Below, piece after piece: positions 1 through 8,079 of a DNA stretch of 58,689 bases. Made by a program: the position numbers and the translations under genes. The DNA is taken from the NCBI GenBank assembly GCA_035529915.1, contig DATKVU010000025.1, positions 1 to 58,689 on the forward strand, written 5' to 3'. Source of the DNA: Clostridia bacterium (GTDB lineage Bacteria; Patescibacteriota; Microgenomatia; UM-FILTER-40-11). Numbering within the stretch: the stretch's first letter is position 1; each line of letters begins with the position of its first letter. The notes below the pieces were generated by a model. The model made no database searches and was not told the DNA's origin. It saw only the letters and a program-made list of their open reading frames with translations.

Positions 1-128
1 AAACTGCCATAATTATTTCTAAACTTAGAGAGAGTCTTCAGGTTAATAATTATCAGTATAATCGCATATCCTGTTATATCTAAAAAGGAAGAAAATTTCC
101 TTAAAACTTTATTAAAAAATTTTTTCAT
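1..128 (-). CDS. N-terminal fragment of an unidentified ORF running off the left window edge
   Basis: ATG at 128-126 (minus), then 42 stop-free codons MKKFFNKVLRKFSSFLDITGYAIILIIINLKTLSKFRNNYGS reaching position 3. The hydrophobic stretch suggests a membrane protein. Too short in-window for the ORF track; no family assignable. Confidence 0.3.
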   Translation of the reverse strand, partial: MKKFFNKVLRKFSSFLDITGYAIILIIINLKTLSKFRNNYGS

Positions 129-147
129 AATATTATTTTTATTTGGC

Positions 148-176
148 ATTAAACTATCCAATGATAAATTCGGCAA
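148..176 (-). promoter_or_regulatory. candidate sigma70-type promoter for the edge ORF
   Basis: Minus strand TTGCCG (176-171) - 17 nt - TTTAAT (153-148), 19 nt upstream of the ATG at 128, inside the 101-nt gap 129-229. Motif reading only. Confidence 0.2.
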
Positions 177-229
177 CCAAAAAAATTTAGAAGGTTTAAT
201 TAAAATGTGATTAATTCCTTGCATTTCTA

Positions 230-910
230 TTATTTTTTTTCAAGATTAATAACGCTAAATAGTTCAAAAGCCATGGATGGAAAATAATAAGTGAATGTTT
301 GACTTAGGGTTGCCACGATAAACCAAAATATCTTTGGCTTAAATCTAATTGAAGTGAGCAAATCATCTCCCATCGTCTCGTTCTGGACTTCCCGCCTTAA
401 AAACCTTAGACCTGCTAGCCCACGAACTCTATAACCCTGCTTTTTCATCTTTTTATAATCCCATCCTGAAAGATGCTTTTGAAAAGGATTGTTATCAACC
501 GCTTTCTGGGGAATAAAACCGTTGGGCGAGGAAACGATAACCTTTCTTTTCGTCCATTTTTCCGCTTTTTTTAGCATCAAGAGACCCGTTTTTTCCGGTA
601 AATGCTCCAAGACCTCAATCATAATTACGGCATCAAAACTCTTTTCGGGAAAATCAAGTTCTTCAACTTTTTTATTCAGATATTTATTATGGATTTTCCT
701 CTTTTTTGATAGTTCCAAGTAAGGCTTAAAGGCTTCCACCCCAACCGAATATTTGATATTTTTACAATGCTGGAGGGGAGAGCTTGGCCCACAACCTAAA
801 TCTAAAACTGTTTGACAACCTTTTAGCTCCTCCTGCAGGCAATAATCAAGCGTATGAAATATCCTTCCGAAAAACCTTGAACGGTGTAATCGATTAATCA
901 TATCTTTCAT
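230..910 (-). CDS. class I SAM-dependent methyltransferase
   Basis: 226-aa ORF with motif I VLDLGCGPSS and DAVIMIEVLEHLPEK (Methyltransf_11/23-like). ATG at 910 sits in a 4-nt ATGA overlap with the upstream GT2 stop. Confidence 0.8.
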   Translation of the reverse strand: MKDMINRLHRSRFFGRIFHTLDYCLQEELKGCQTVLDLGCGPSSPLQHCKNIKYSVGVEAFKPYLELSKKRKIHNKYLNKKVEELDFPEKSFDAVIMIEVLEHLPEKTGLLMLKKAEKWTKRKVIVSSPNGFIPQKAVDNNPFQKHLSGWDYKKMKKQGYRVRGLAGLRFLRREVQNETMGDDLLTSIRFKPKIFWFIVATLSQTFTYYFPSMAFELFSVINLEKK

Positions 911-1932
911 AATTCATACTCAAACTTAAGGTTAATCAAAAGCCGGGAATAAACCTTATTTTTATACCAGTCAACCATCGGGATGAGCAAAAAGGGCGGT
1001 ATAACAAGACAACCCAAACTGAAAAACCAAAACTGAAGACTAAAAAGATTTTGCCAGCGATAGCTTATCAAATACCAAATTTCTCTTAAAAGGTAGCGGA
1101 AGCGGACGTAATTCTTAATTTGGACTAAACCGACATAGTTGACGGCGACAAAGTTTTTAATGCAGTAATCTTTTAACTTTCGAAATTTCTTTTCATAAAA
1201 AACAGAGTCAAACATTTCTTTCCAGCTTTTCATCGGCGATTTGTTGTAAATCGAGGAAACACTGCGCGTTTGACTACTACTGATTCTTACTGCCACATTA
1301 TAGTCTTTCAAAAAGACAATCGGATGTTTTTTAAAAATCGAAGCAAAGGGGTAGATGTGACAGGGAAAAATGTCAGGATGAAAGGGCAAATCCATAAACT
1401 CCCGCCTATAGGCTAACCCGCTGAACTGGTCCAAGGTTTTAAATACTTCAATCACCTTTTGGGGGCTGTCGGTAATCTTTACCACCGTATCTTTATTCGA
1501 ATTCATCTGCTCTTTTGCCCTGACCGGCTTTTTAATTTCTTTATCAAACCAGAAATACGGCCTGGTGACAGCCCCAATATCCAAAGATTGCCTAAACGCT
1601 TTGTAGGTGTTCAGCAGAGCCTCTTTCCCTAAGATATCATCCTGCCCCATCAGATAAATTATGTCTCTCGTGGCCTTTTTTCGGCATTCCTCCAAATTCT
1701 TGGAATAACCTAAATTGACTTTATTTTTGAAAAATTTAATTCTTTTATCTCTGAAACTTTTTATGACTTTCTCGGTGTCATCTTTGGACTGATCATCGAC
1801 AATAATAATTTCATAATCTTTGAAGCTCTGGCTCAAAATACTCCGAAGTGTCTCGCCAATGACCTTAGCGCCGTTATAAGTGGGAATACAAATACTAAAC
1901 TTAAGCTTAGGTAAAGCTGGCTTTCTTTTCAC
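907..1932 (-). CDS. family 2 (GT-A) glycosyltransferase
   Basis: 341 aa with FSICIPTYNGAKVIGETLRSILSQS, YEIIIVDDQSKDDT and an MGQDD acidic motif. Hydrophobic C-terminal tail FWFFSLGCLVIPPFLLIPMV. GTG start in a GTGA overlap. Confidence 0.8.
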   Translation of the reverse strand: MKRKPALPKLKFSICIPTYNGAKVIGETLRSILSQSFKDYEIIIVDDQSKDDTEKVIKSFRDKRIKFFKNKVNLGYSKNLEECRKKATRDIIYLMGQDDILGKEALLNTYKAFRQSLDIGAVTRPYFWFDKEIKKPVRAKEQMNSNKDTVVKITDSPQKVIEVFKTLDQFSGLAYRREFMDLPFHPDIFPCHIYPFASIFKKHPIVFLKDYNVAVRISSSQTRSVSSIYNKSPMKSWKEMFDSVFYEKKFRKLKDYCIKNFVAVNYVGLVQIKNYVRFRYLLREIWYLISYRWQNLFSLQFWFFSLGCLVIPPFLLIPMVDWYKNKVYSRLLINLKFEYEL

Positions 1933-2843
1933 AAAATTTTTTTGATTAAATAATTAAATCCTACCAAAAAACGCAAAAAGAACATTCCCAGTAATAAATC
2001 CGGAAATTTCAGAATGTTCGCCCTTTTATCGCTGGTCAAGAAAACGGCAAAGTAACGGTACCATAACCCAAACTGCTTTTTAACATCCGAGTCATTTTTA
2101 CCCCACTTGCCAATATACGCCTTGAAGCTCTGGCCATAGTACTGTTTCTTTTGCAGATACTTTTTGAGATTAAATTCCGCTTCATTATGGTAAATTAGTC
2201 CCAAAGAACTAAGTTTAATCAGCTTGTTTAGCCAATCACTTTTAGAAAAGTTAATTCTTTCCACTTTTCGGTTAATCTCTCCGAAATTGTACTTGTCTAA
2301 AACATCTACCTTTCCAATTCCTCTTATCTTTTTGTCTAAGTCCCAATCTTCCGGCCCAGTCATATCCAAATCAAACCCACCCACTTTCTCAAAAATATCT
2401 CTTTCTATAATCCGAATGCAATCGATAACTGTCCCATCATAAAAACTTCTTTCGAATCTCCTCACTTCACCCCAATAAGAATTTCCTAAAACAATTTCCG
2501 GAATATACAGGGCAGAGATATCCCTCTTCTCTAATCTCTCCACCGACCTGTCTATCGCGGCTGATGATAAAATCATATCCGCATCCAAATACATCACATA
2601 TTTTCCCCTGGCCTTATCAATCATACCGAAATTCCGTTGAGCTGATCTTTCCGGCCCTTTATTAAAGACTTTTGAAGTGTATTTTCTGGCTATCTTCTTC
2701 GTTTTGTCTGACGAATTATTATCGACAACAATAATTTCAATTTTATCTGAAGGATAAGTCTGCAACCCAATGCTTTTCAAACAATTTTCAATATTCCTCT
2801 CTTCGTTCTTAGTCGTGATAACAATGGAAATTAGCGGCAGCAC
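1929..2843 (-). CDS. family 2 (GT-A) glycosyltransferase
   Basis: 304 aa with ISIVITTKNEERNIENCLKSI, IEIIVVDNNSSDKT and MYLDADM (DxD). GTG start 4 nt downstream of the radical SAM stop. Confidence 0.8.
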   Translation of the reverse strand: MLPLISIVITTKNEERNIENCLKSIGLQTYPSDKIEIIVVDNNSSDKTKKIARKYTSKVFNKGPERSAQRNFGMIDKARGKYVMYLDADMILSSAAIDRSVERLEKRDISALYIPEIVLGNSYWGEVRRFERSFYDGTVIDCIRIIERDIFEKVGGFDLDMTGPEDWDLDKKIRGIGKVDVLDKYNFGEINRKVERINFSKSDWLNKLIKLSSLGLIYHNEAEFNLKKYLQKKQYYGQSFKAYIGKWGKNDSDVKKQFGLWYRYFAVFLTSDKRANILKFPDLLLGMFFLRFLVGFNYLIKKIL

Positions 2844-2847
2844 CTTA

Positions 2848-4317
2848 TTAACTAAACTCCAGCAATTTTGCTAAATATTTAAACCCTTGAAATCCAACAT
2901 ACTTTATGCCGGCAATCGATTTAAGTTGAGAAAGAGTGTTGAAAATAAACCTGGGCGTCCAAATCGATCGACTATAAAGACTGCGAACCGCTCCCAGAAG
3001 TTTTCCCTCCGGCACTTTAGTTTTCATAATCGCTTCCTGCATATCATAACGGTTCCAATCCTTAGTTTTCAAAAGCTTGTTTTTAAGACAATCGTCAAAA
3101 AGCGGCGTCCCGGGATAAGGAATCACTACTGTTGCCTGCAAAGAATCAGCCAGTCCGTCCCGGAAAAGCTTTTCTGCAAAGGCAATCGTGTTATTAACAT
3201 CTTTTTCGCTCTCCCAAGGGTAGCCAACCATAACCGTCAGGTGTGGCTTTAAACCCGCCTCTTTTGCCCATTTCAAAACCGGCTCAATTTGCTCAACTCG
3301 CAAATTTTTATTAATCCTCTCTAAAGTTTCTTGGGAAGCCGACTCGAGACCATAAAGGACAAAACGAAAACCGGCCTGACCCATTAAAAGATAATCTTCT
3401 TTAGTCATCCCGGCATTAAACCGCAGGTTACAATCGAAACGAACTTTCTTCTGATATCCTCGCCTCATAACCTCCCGGCAAAATTCCCTCAGCCAATCAC
3501 CAATCGGAAAAGTTCCCGAGTCATCCATAATTTCTTTAACCCCGTAATTCTCAACTAAATTCTCCACTTCTTCAATCGCCTGCTTAACGCTCATTACCCG
3601 ATATTTCTCCCCCGGAAAAAGAGTCGTCCAGGAACAAAAAGTACATTTCCCCCACCAGCAATCCCGCCCAAACATCGTGTAAGCGCCTGGAGCCTGATAA
3701 AAATTAGAATTCTTAAAAGCATAAAGCCGCCACTTGGTTAAGTCGCGGTCAATAATAGGCAGCTCACCCAAGTGATGGCTTAAAGTAAACTTCCCTGAAT
3801 TCCTAATCTCATTCCCCCTTTCTTCTCTGTACCAAATCCCAGGCTCTAGTTTTTCTCCTTTGGCAAGATAATTGGCAATACTCAAAAGCCCAAAATCATA
3901 ATCTCCGCCGGTAATCACAAAATCCGCTAACGAGTTTTCCATACTTTCCTGCGGGAGGGCAGTAACATGGTCGCCCATCAAAACTATTTTAAGTCGAGGA
4001 GAATCTTTTTTTAACTTATTTATAATTTGCCAGTGGTATTTGATTACCGGCGTTTTGGTCTCTATTGCCAAAATATCGGGATTAATTTCCAGAAGTTTTT
4101 TCTCCCATTGCTCGTAATTCATCTTTTCCGCCAATCCATCCAGCCAAAAAACCTGATAGTCTTTTTCTTTTAATAAACTGGCGGCACAAGCAGGCACAAC
4201 CGGATAAATAAAGTAGGCCACCGGTCCACCTTTTGTCCACTGAAATTGTCGGTTTTGGGAAATTTGAGGAATACCCTTCTGACAATCCAGCGGCGGGTAG
4301 CCGAGAACAATTTTCAT
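2848..4317 (-). CDS. B12-binding-domain radical SAM enzyme (class B-like)
   Basis: 489 aa. N-terminal Rossmann-like B12-binding segment (RLKIVLMGDHVT, ITGGDYD). Cys triad DCWWGKCTFC. Downstream radical SAM core boxes IMDDSGTF, YGLESASQE and VMVGYPWESEKD. ATG at 4317. Confidence 0.8.
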   Translation of the reverse strand: MKIVLGYPPLDCQKGIPQISQNRQFQWTKGGPVAYFIYPVVPACAASLLKEKDYQVFWLDGLAEKMNYEQWEKKLLEINPDILAIETKTPVIKYHWQIINKLKKDSPRLKIVLMGDHVTALPQESMENSLADFVITGGDYDFGLLSIANYLAKGEKLEPGIWYREERGNEIRNSGKFTLSHHLGELPIIDRDLTKWRLYAFKNSNFYQAPGAYTMFGRDCWWGKCTFCSWTTLFPGEKYRVMSVKQAIEEVENLVENYGVKEIMDDSGTFPIGDWLREFCREVMRRGYQKKVRFDCNLRFNAGMTKEDYLLMGQAGFRFVLYGLESASQETLERINKNLRVEQIEPVLKWAKEAGLKPHLTVMVGYPWESEKDVNNTIAFAEKLFRDGLADSLQATVVIPYPGTPLFDDCLKNKLLKTKDWNRYDMQEAIMKTKVPEGKLLGAVRSLYSRSIWTPRFIFNTLSQLKSIAGIKYVGFQGFKYLAKLLEFS

Positions 4318-4379
4318 ACAATTGTTGATTTACAATTGGCAATTTTCATTAATTTTTAGTATAACATAAATAGCCTGGT
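4318..4379. promoter_or_regulatory. 62-nt divergent intergenic region with candidate promoters for both flanking genes
   Basis: Plus strand TTGATT (4325-4330) - 17 nt - ATTAAT (4348-4353), 26 nt before ATG 4380. Minus strand extended -10 TGTTATACT (4366-4358), 40 nt before ATG 4317. Motif reading only. Confidence 0.3.
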
Positions 4380-6221
4380 ATGAACTTAACCAAATCGCAA
4401 AAAAAATTCCTTAAGAAAAATCTCAAAAAGCTCTCTTTTGAAGACTTAGCCGCTGGACTGGGCATTTCCCCCGACGAGCTAAGGACCTATCTCCGAGAGC
4501 ACCTGGCAAAGGAAAAGTATGAAAAATATTCCTCCCATTTTGAAAATCAAAATCCAGTCAGCGGGACTAGTCATTCGGGTAAATTTGGCCTTAATGAATT
4601 TATCAGAAAAAATTGGCCAACCCTAATCTTCCTGACCCTTTTAGCCCTAACAATTTATCTAAACTCGCTCGGTAATGATTTTCTCTCGGACGATATCTCC
4701 TCCATTAGGGACAATCCAAAAATCAGTAATCTGAATCCCGAGGGCGGTTTTAGTTTTATTTTTAATCTAAGAAGTTCTCTTTTGGCAATAACTTACCGCT
4801 TATTTGGCTTAAACCCCTTTTTCTTCCGCTTAACTAACCTTCTTTGCCACTTGGGTTCGACTTTAACTTTATTTACCCTAATGAATTTCTTCTTCTCTCC
4901 CCATATTCCTCTTCTGGTCGCCAGTCTCTTTGCCGTTCATCCTATTTTAGCCGAAAGCGTGACCTGGATTTCGGGCGGGCCATATTCTATCTCCACCTTT
5001 TTTCTTTTGTTGACATTTTTAGTCTATATTAAATCCGAAAAAGAAAAGAAGATCTCAGTCTACTTCATTTCCTTCATGCTTTTTTATCTTGCCTTAACCC
5101 AGGCATTCCAGGCCGTTGTTTTCACCGGGATAATTTTCTGGTATGAATTGACCTTGGGTAGCCTTAGAAAAAACTGGAAAAGATTAATGCCTTTTACTCT
5201 GACTGGTTTTGTTTGGGCATTGTATTTATTTGGGCTACTTGGCCAAAGAATCACTGCTCTCCAAACTTCCTTTTATCAGCAAGGAGGTCTCTATAATCCT
5301 CTCGCTCAAATCCCGATTGCGGTTTCCTCTTATTTAAGCTTAATCTTTTGGCCCTCTGGTCTGACACTCTATCATTCCGAAATGGCGTTCACAAATTCTG
5401 AATTCATCTTAAGAATGATCATGATCATTGGATTTATCGCAATAGCAACATATTTTATTAAGAAAGACAAAAGAACTTTCTTTTGGCTTTCGTTTTTCAT
5501 AATTGCCCTTCTCCCTTCTCTAACCCCTTTGAAAATTGCCTGGATTGTCGCTGAACGCTACGTCTACATGGGATCGATTGGAATCTTTGTCCTGGTAGCC
5601 TATCTAGTCCAAAAGATAAGCGAAAGACTTAATTGGAAAATACTGCCTTACCTCTTTTTGGCTGTCATCATCCCCTTGCTCTCCATAAGGACTATCAGGC
5701 GCAATCGAGACTGGAAAAATCAGGATACTCTTTGGCTGGCGGCAGCTAAAACTTCTCCTTCTAGCCCCCAAAACCATAATAACCTCGGCGACCTTTATTC
5801 CCGCCAAGGCGAATTCGAAAAGGCAGTGGCGGAATTTAAAATTGCAATTGAGCTTCTGCCAAACTATGGCGATGCTTATCATAATCTGGCTAATACCTAT
5901 CTTCAAATGGGAGAAATTGATTTAGCTATCCAAAACTATCAAAAGGCTCTTCAAACTAACTCTAATATTTGGCAATCTTACCAAAACCTGGCCGCTATTT
6001 ATCTTAACCAGAAAAACTTCTCCCCAGCAGCAGAAAACCTTAAAAAAGCAATTCAGTTAAACCCCGGCAGCGCCAAACTCCATACCTTCCTCGCCTTCGC
6101 CTACATAAATTTAGGAGAGAGTAAGGCGGCTCGGGAAGAATTAATGGTTTCCTTGCAATTGGACCCGAACGACCAGGAAGCAAGAAAGCTTCTGGAAGGC
6201 TTAACTCAACCTCCCAAATAA
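4380..6221 (+). CDS. TMTC/DUF1736-like GT-C membrane protein with C-terminal TPR repeats
   Basis: 613 aa. About 80-aa basic cytoplasmic head, then a multi-TM core with external-loop box GNDFLSDDISSIRDNPKI. C-terminal TPR repeats (NNLGDLYSRQGEFEKAVAEFKIAIELLPNYGDAYHNLANTYLQMGEIDLAIQNYQKAL...). One of only two plus-strand genes. Confidence 0.8.
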   Translation: MNLTKSQKKFLKKNLKKLSFEDLAAGLGISPDELRTYLREHLAKEKYEKYSSHFENQNPVSGTSHSGKFGLNEFIRKNWPTLIFLTLLALTIYLNSLGNDFLSDDISSIRDNPKISNLNPEGGFSFIFNLRSSLLAITYRLFGLNPFFFRLTNLLCHLGSTLTLFTLMNFFFSPHIPLLVASLFAVHPILAESVTWISGGPYSISTFFLLLTFLVYIKSEKEKKISVYFISFMLFYLALTQAFQAVVFTGIIFWYELTLGSLRKNWKRLMPFTLTGFVWALYLFGLLGQRITALQTSFYQQGGLYNPLAQIPIAVSSYLSLIFWPSGLTLYHSEMAFTNSEFILRMIMIIGFIAIATYFIKKDKRTFFWLSFFIIALLPSLTPLKIAWIVAERYVYMGSIGIFVLVAYLVQKISERLNWKILPYLFLAVIIPLLSIRTIRRNRDWKNQDTLWLAAAKTSPSSPQNHNNLGDLYSRQGEFEKAVAEFKIAIELLPNYGDAYHNLANTYLQMGEIDLAIQNYQKALQTNSNIWQSYQNLAAIYLNQKNFSPAAENLKKAIQLNPGSAKLHTFLAFAYINLGESKAAREELMVSLQLDPNDQEARKLLEGLTQPPK

Positions 6222-7225
6222 GTTTTTTTCTGACGGTCAACCTGGTGAGGAGTGGCTTTAAGGTTTTTTTGGAAAAAGCCAAAGGGAAAGAGGAAACCAT
6301 AGGTCAAGTGGGTCAAGAAAATAGCCACACTAACCAAAAAAGCAAGATAAAGGTTTTTTTCTTTAAACCAAACCTCAAGTAGGGTAAACACAAGAAGTAG
6401 CCAGTAGCCAGTAGCAAGTAGCAAGTAAAGAGAGCGAAAGGGCGGAAAAACCAAGGCAAAAATTAAACCCAAAGTTCCTCCATAGGCAAACAAAGAAGGA
6501 ATAAGATATCCCAAACGAAAGGATGTTTCGGGGAAGATGCGGGCAAAGTGGCCTCTTCTTAAGGCATACCGGCTAATTTGTTTCAAATGGGGTAAAAAAA
6601 CTGCTCGACGGTGATGAAAAACTAAAACATTCGGGTCGTAGATAATCTTTTTACTCATTTTCACTAAATCAAGGCAAAGTTTCGTATCTTCTCCCGGCCA
6701 ATGCTTGATATCAAATCCTCCCACCTTTTCAAAGTCTGACTTTTTTACCAATAAATTTACTGAGGGGAAATCATCAACCTCCCGTCGAGACATAATCCTA
6801 TTACGATAGACCCCTGCTCCACCACTCCCCAACCAACTGGCCCAAACCCAACCGGAGGCTTGCTGCTGAAGATTATCTTTAGGCGGCGTCAGAGTCGGGC
6901 CGCAAACAGCGGCAATTTTTTCTTCGTTCTCGACAAAAACAGAAAGAGCATTTTTAAGCCAATCCCGGCGAGGATATGAATCATCATCTAAAAAAGCCAA
7001 TACCCCACCCTTTGCCTCTTTAGTGCCTAAATTTCTCTTAAAGGCCGGTGTTGGCTCGCCGCTAGCAACTATCCTCGCTCCTCTAAGCGTTTCCTTCTGG
7101 TCGGTTACAATTATTATTTCGAAGCTTTGTTCTGTTTGCTGGCGTAAATAATCTACCGTTTCTCTAACGTAAGGAGTGATTGTCCTAACCGGAATAATAA
7201 CAGAGAAGATTGGATTTTTACTCAT
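6206..7225 (-). CDS. family 2 glycosyltransferase with C-terminal membrane domain
   Basis: FSVIIPVRTITPYVRETVDYL, FEIIIVTD, AFLDDDSYP (DxD) and GGFDIKHWPGEDTKLC, then hydrophobic C-terminal helices. The track ORF starts at ATG 7279. I prefer ATG 7225 (MSKNPIFSVIIP) as the typical GT2 N-terminus; either is possible. Confidence 0.75.
   Translation of the reverse strand: MSKNPIFSVIIPVRTITPYVRETVDYLRQQTEQSFEIIIVTDQKETLRGARIVASGEPTPAFKRNLGTKEAKGGVLAFLDDDSYPRRDWLKNALSVFVENEEKIAAVCGPTLTPPKDNLQQQASGWVWASWLGSGGAGVYRNRIMSRREVDDFPSVNLLVKKSDFEKVGGFDIKHWPGEDTKLCLDLVKMSKKIIYDPNVLVFHHRRAVFLPHLKQISRYALRRGHFARIFPETSFRLGYLIPSLFAYGGTLGLIFALVFPPFRSLYLLLATGYWLLLVFTLLEVWFKEKNLYLAFLVSVAIFLTHLTYGFLFPFGFFQKNLKATPHQVDRQKKTYLGG
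6396..6423. repeat. heptanucleotide tandem repeat inside a CDS (AGTAGCC x2, AGTAGCA x2, plus a degenerate fifth unit to 6430)
   Basis: Read directly: agtagcc agtagcc agtagca agtagca agtaaag. Encodes LYLLLATGYWLLL on the minus strand within the GT2 membrane tail. Confidence 0.9.
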
Positions 7226-7252
7226 TTGATATTTCTGATACCTTTGATACTT
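7226..7252. repeat. three 9-nt direct repeats YTGATAYYT just upstream of the ATG at 7225
   Basis: ttgatattt ctgatacct ttgatactt. If the longer ORF is real they encode QKYQRYQKYQ; otherwise they lie in the 43-nt leader/gap. Confidence 0.8.
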
Positions 7253-7268
7253 CTGCCGCTTTTCTTTT

Positions 7269-8069
7269 TCAACCCACATTAATCCTCATATCAAGCTCTT
7301 TATCGTAAACCCATTTTCTTTTATTTTTACTGTCATAATATTTAAGAATTTTCAAACGGTAAAAAACGGCCAAGGTGTCGAGCAGCATATCTAAAACAGT
7401 GGAAGTTTTGATGCTTGAATATTTGAATTTCCTGGCGTCCATTTCTACCGGACCATCATGAATTTTTCGAAAGCCAAGACGGTAAGCTACTGACAGGATT
7501 TCAATATCGAAGGCATACTCTTTCACTAAAAGCCTAGGCAAAACTTTTTCCAGCACCTCCCGCCGAAAAATTTTAATCCCCCTTTGACTATCGGTAATTC
7601 TCAATCCAAATAAAAACTCAACTAAAAGATGATAACCGAAGCTGAAAATTTTTCTTTTAAGGGGGTAACCAATAACCTTGGAGGCGGAATGTCTGATTGA
7701 GCCAACAATCACGTCTGAGCCATACCATTTCATATGTTCCAAAAGCATCGAAAGCGCATTGGGGTTAATATCCATCCCGGCATCGATAAAGGCGATTAAA
7801 TTGCCCTTAGCCCGAGCCATTCCATACCGAACGGCATAACCCTTACCGTGATTAGTCTGATAACCGACCACCTTTATTTTCGGAGAGCCGAGCCGGCGGG
7901 CTGCCTTAAAAGTCTTATCCGCCATTCCATCCACGACGCAAATAATTTCATAGTCGCAGTTTATTTGCTGCAAAACGCTCTCGATGTTTTGTAAATCTTT
8001 AGCAATTGTTCCTTCCTGCCGGTAAGCCGGGACAATAACGGAAAGCGTTTCTTTTATCTCTTTTGCCAT
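7269..8069 (-). CDS. family 2 glycosyltransferase, Dpm1/polyprenyl-phosphate glycosyltransferase-like
   Basis: 266 aa with LSVIVPAYRQEGTIAKDL, YEIICVVDGMADKT, NHGKGYAVRYG, AFIDAGMD, SQRGIKIFRREV and AFDIEILSVAYRLGF. No TM tail. Confidence 0.75.
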   Translation of the reverse strand: MAKEIKETLSVIVPAYRQEGTIAKDLQNIESVLQQINCDYEIICVVDGMADKTFKAARRLGSPKIKVVGYQTNHGKGYAVRYGMARAKGNLIAFIDAGMDINPNALSMLLEHMKWYGSDVIVGSIRHSASKVIGYPLKRKIFSFGYHLLVEFLFGLRITDSQRGIKIFRREVLEKVLPRLLVKEYAFDIEILSVAYRLGFRKIHDGPVEMDARKFKYSSIKTSTVLDMLLDTLAVFYRLKILKYYDSKNKRKWVYDKELDMRINVG

Positions 8070-8079
8070 TGCTGGATTT

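Noticed and set aside
4082-4342. 86-aa minus-strand ORF overlapping the 5' end of the radical SAM gene and extending into the divergent gap.
   Set aside because: It is an alternative frame of a well-supported CDS with no recognisable features. It would also consume the promoter region.
6221-6230. T7 run right after the TPR gene stop as an intrinsic terminator.
   Set aside because: No GC-rich hairpin precedes it, and the run lies inside the coding region of the convergent GT2 gene.
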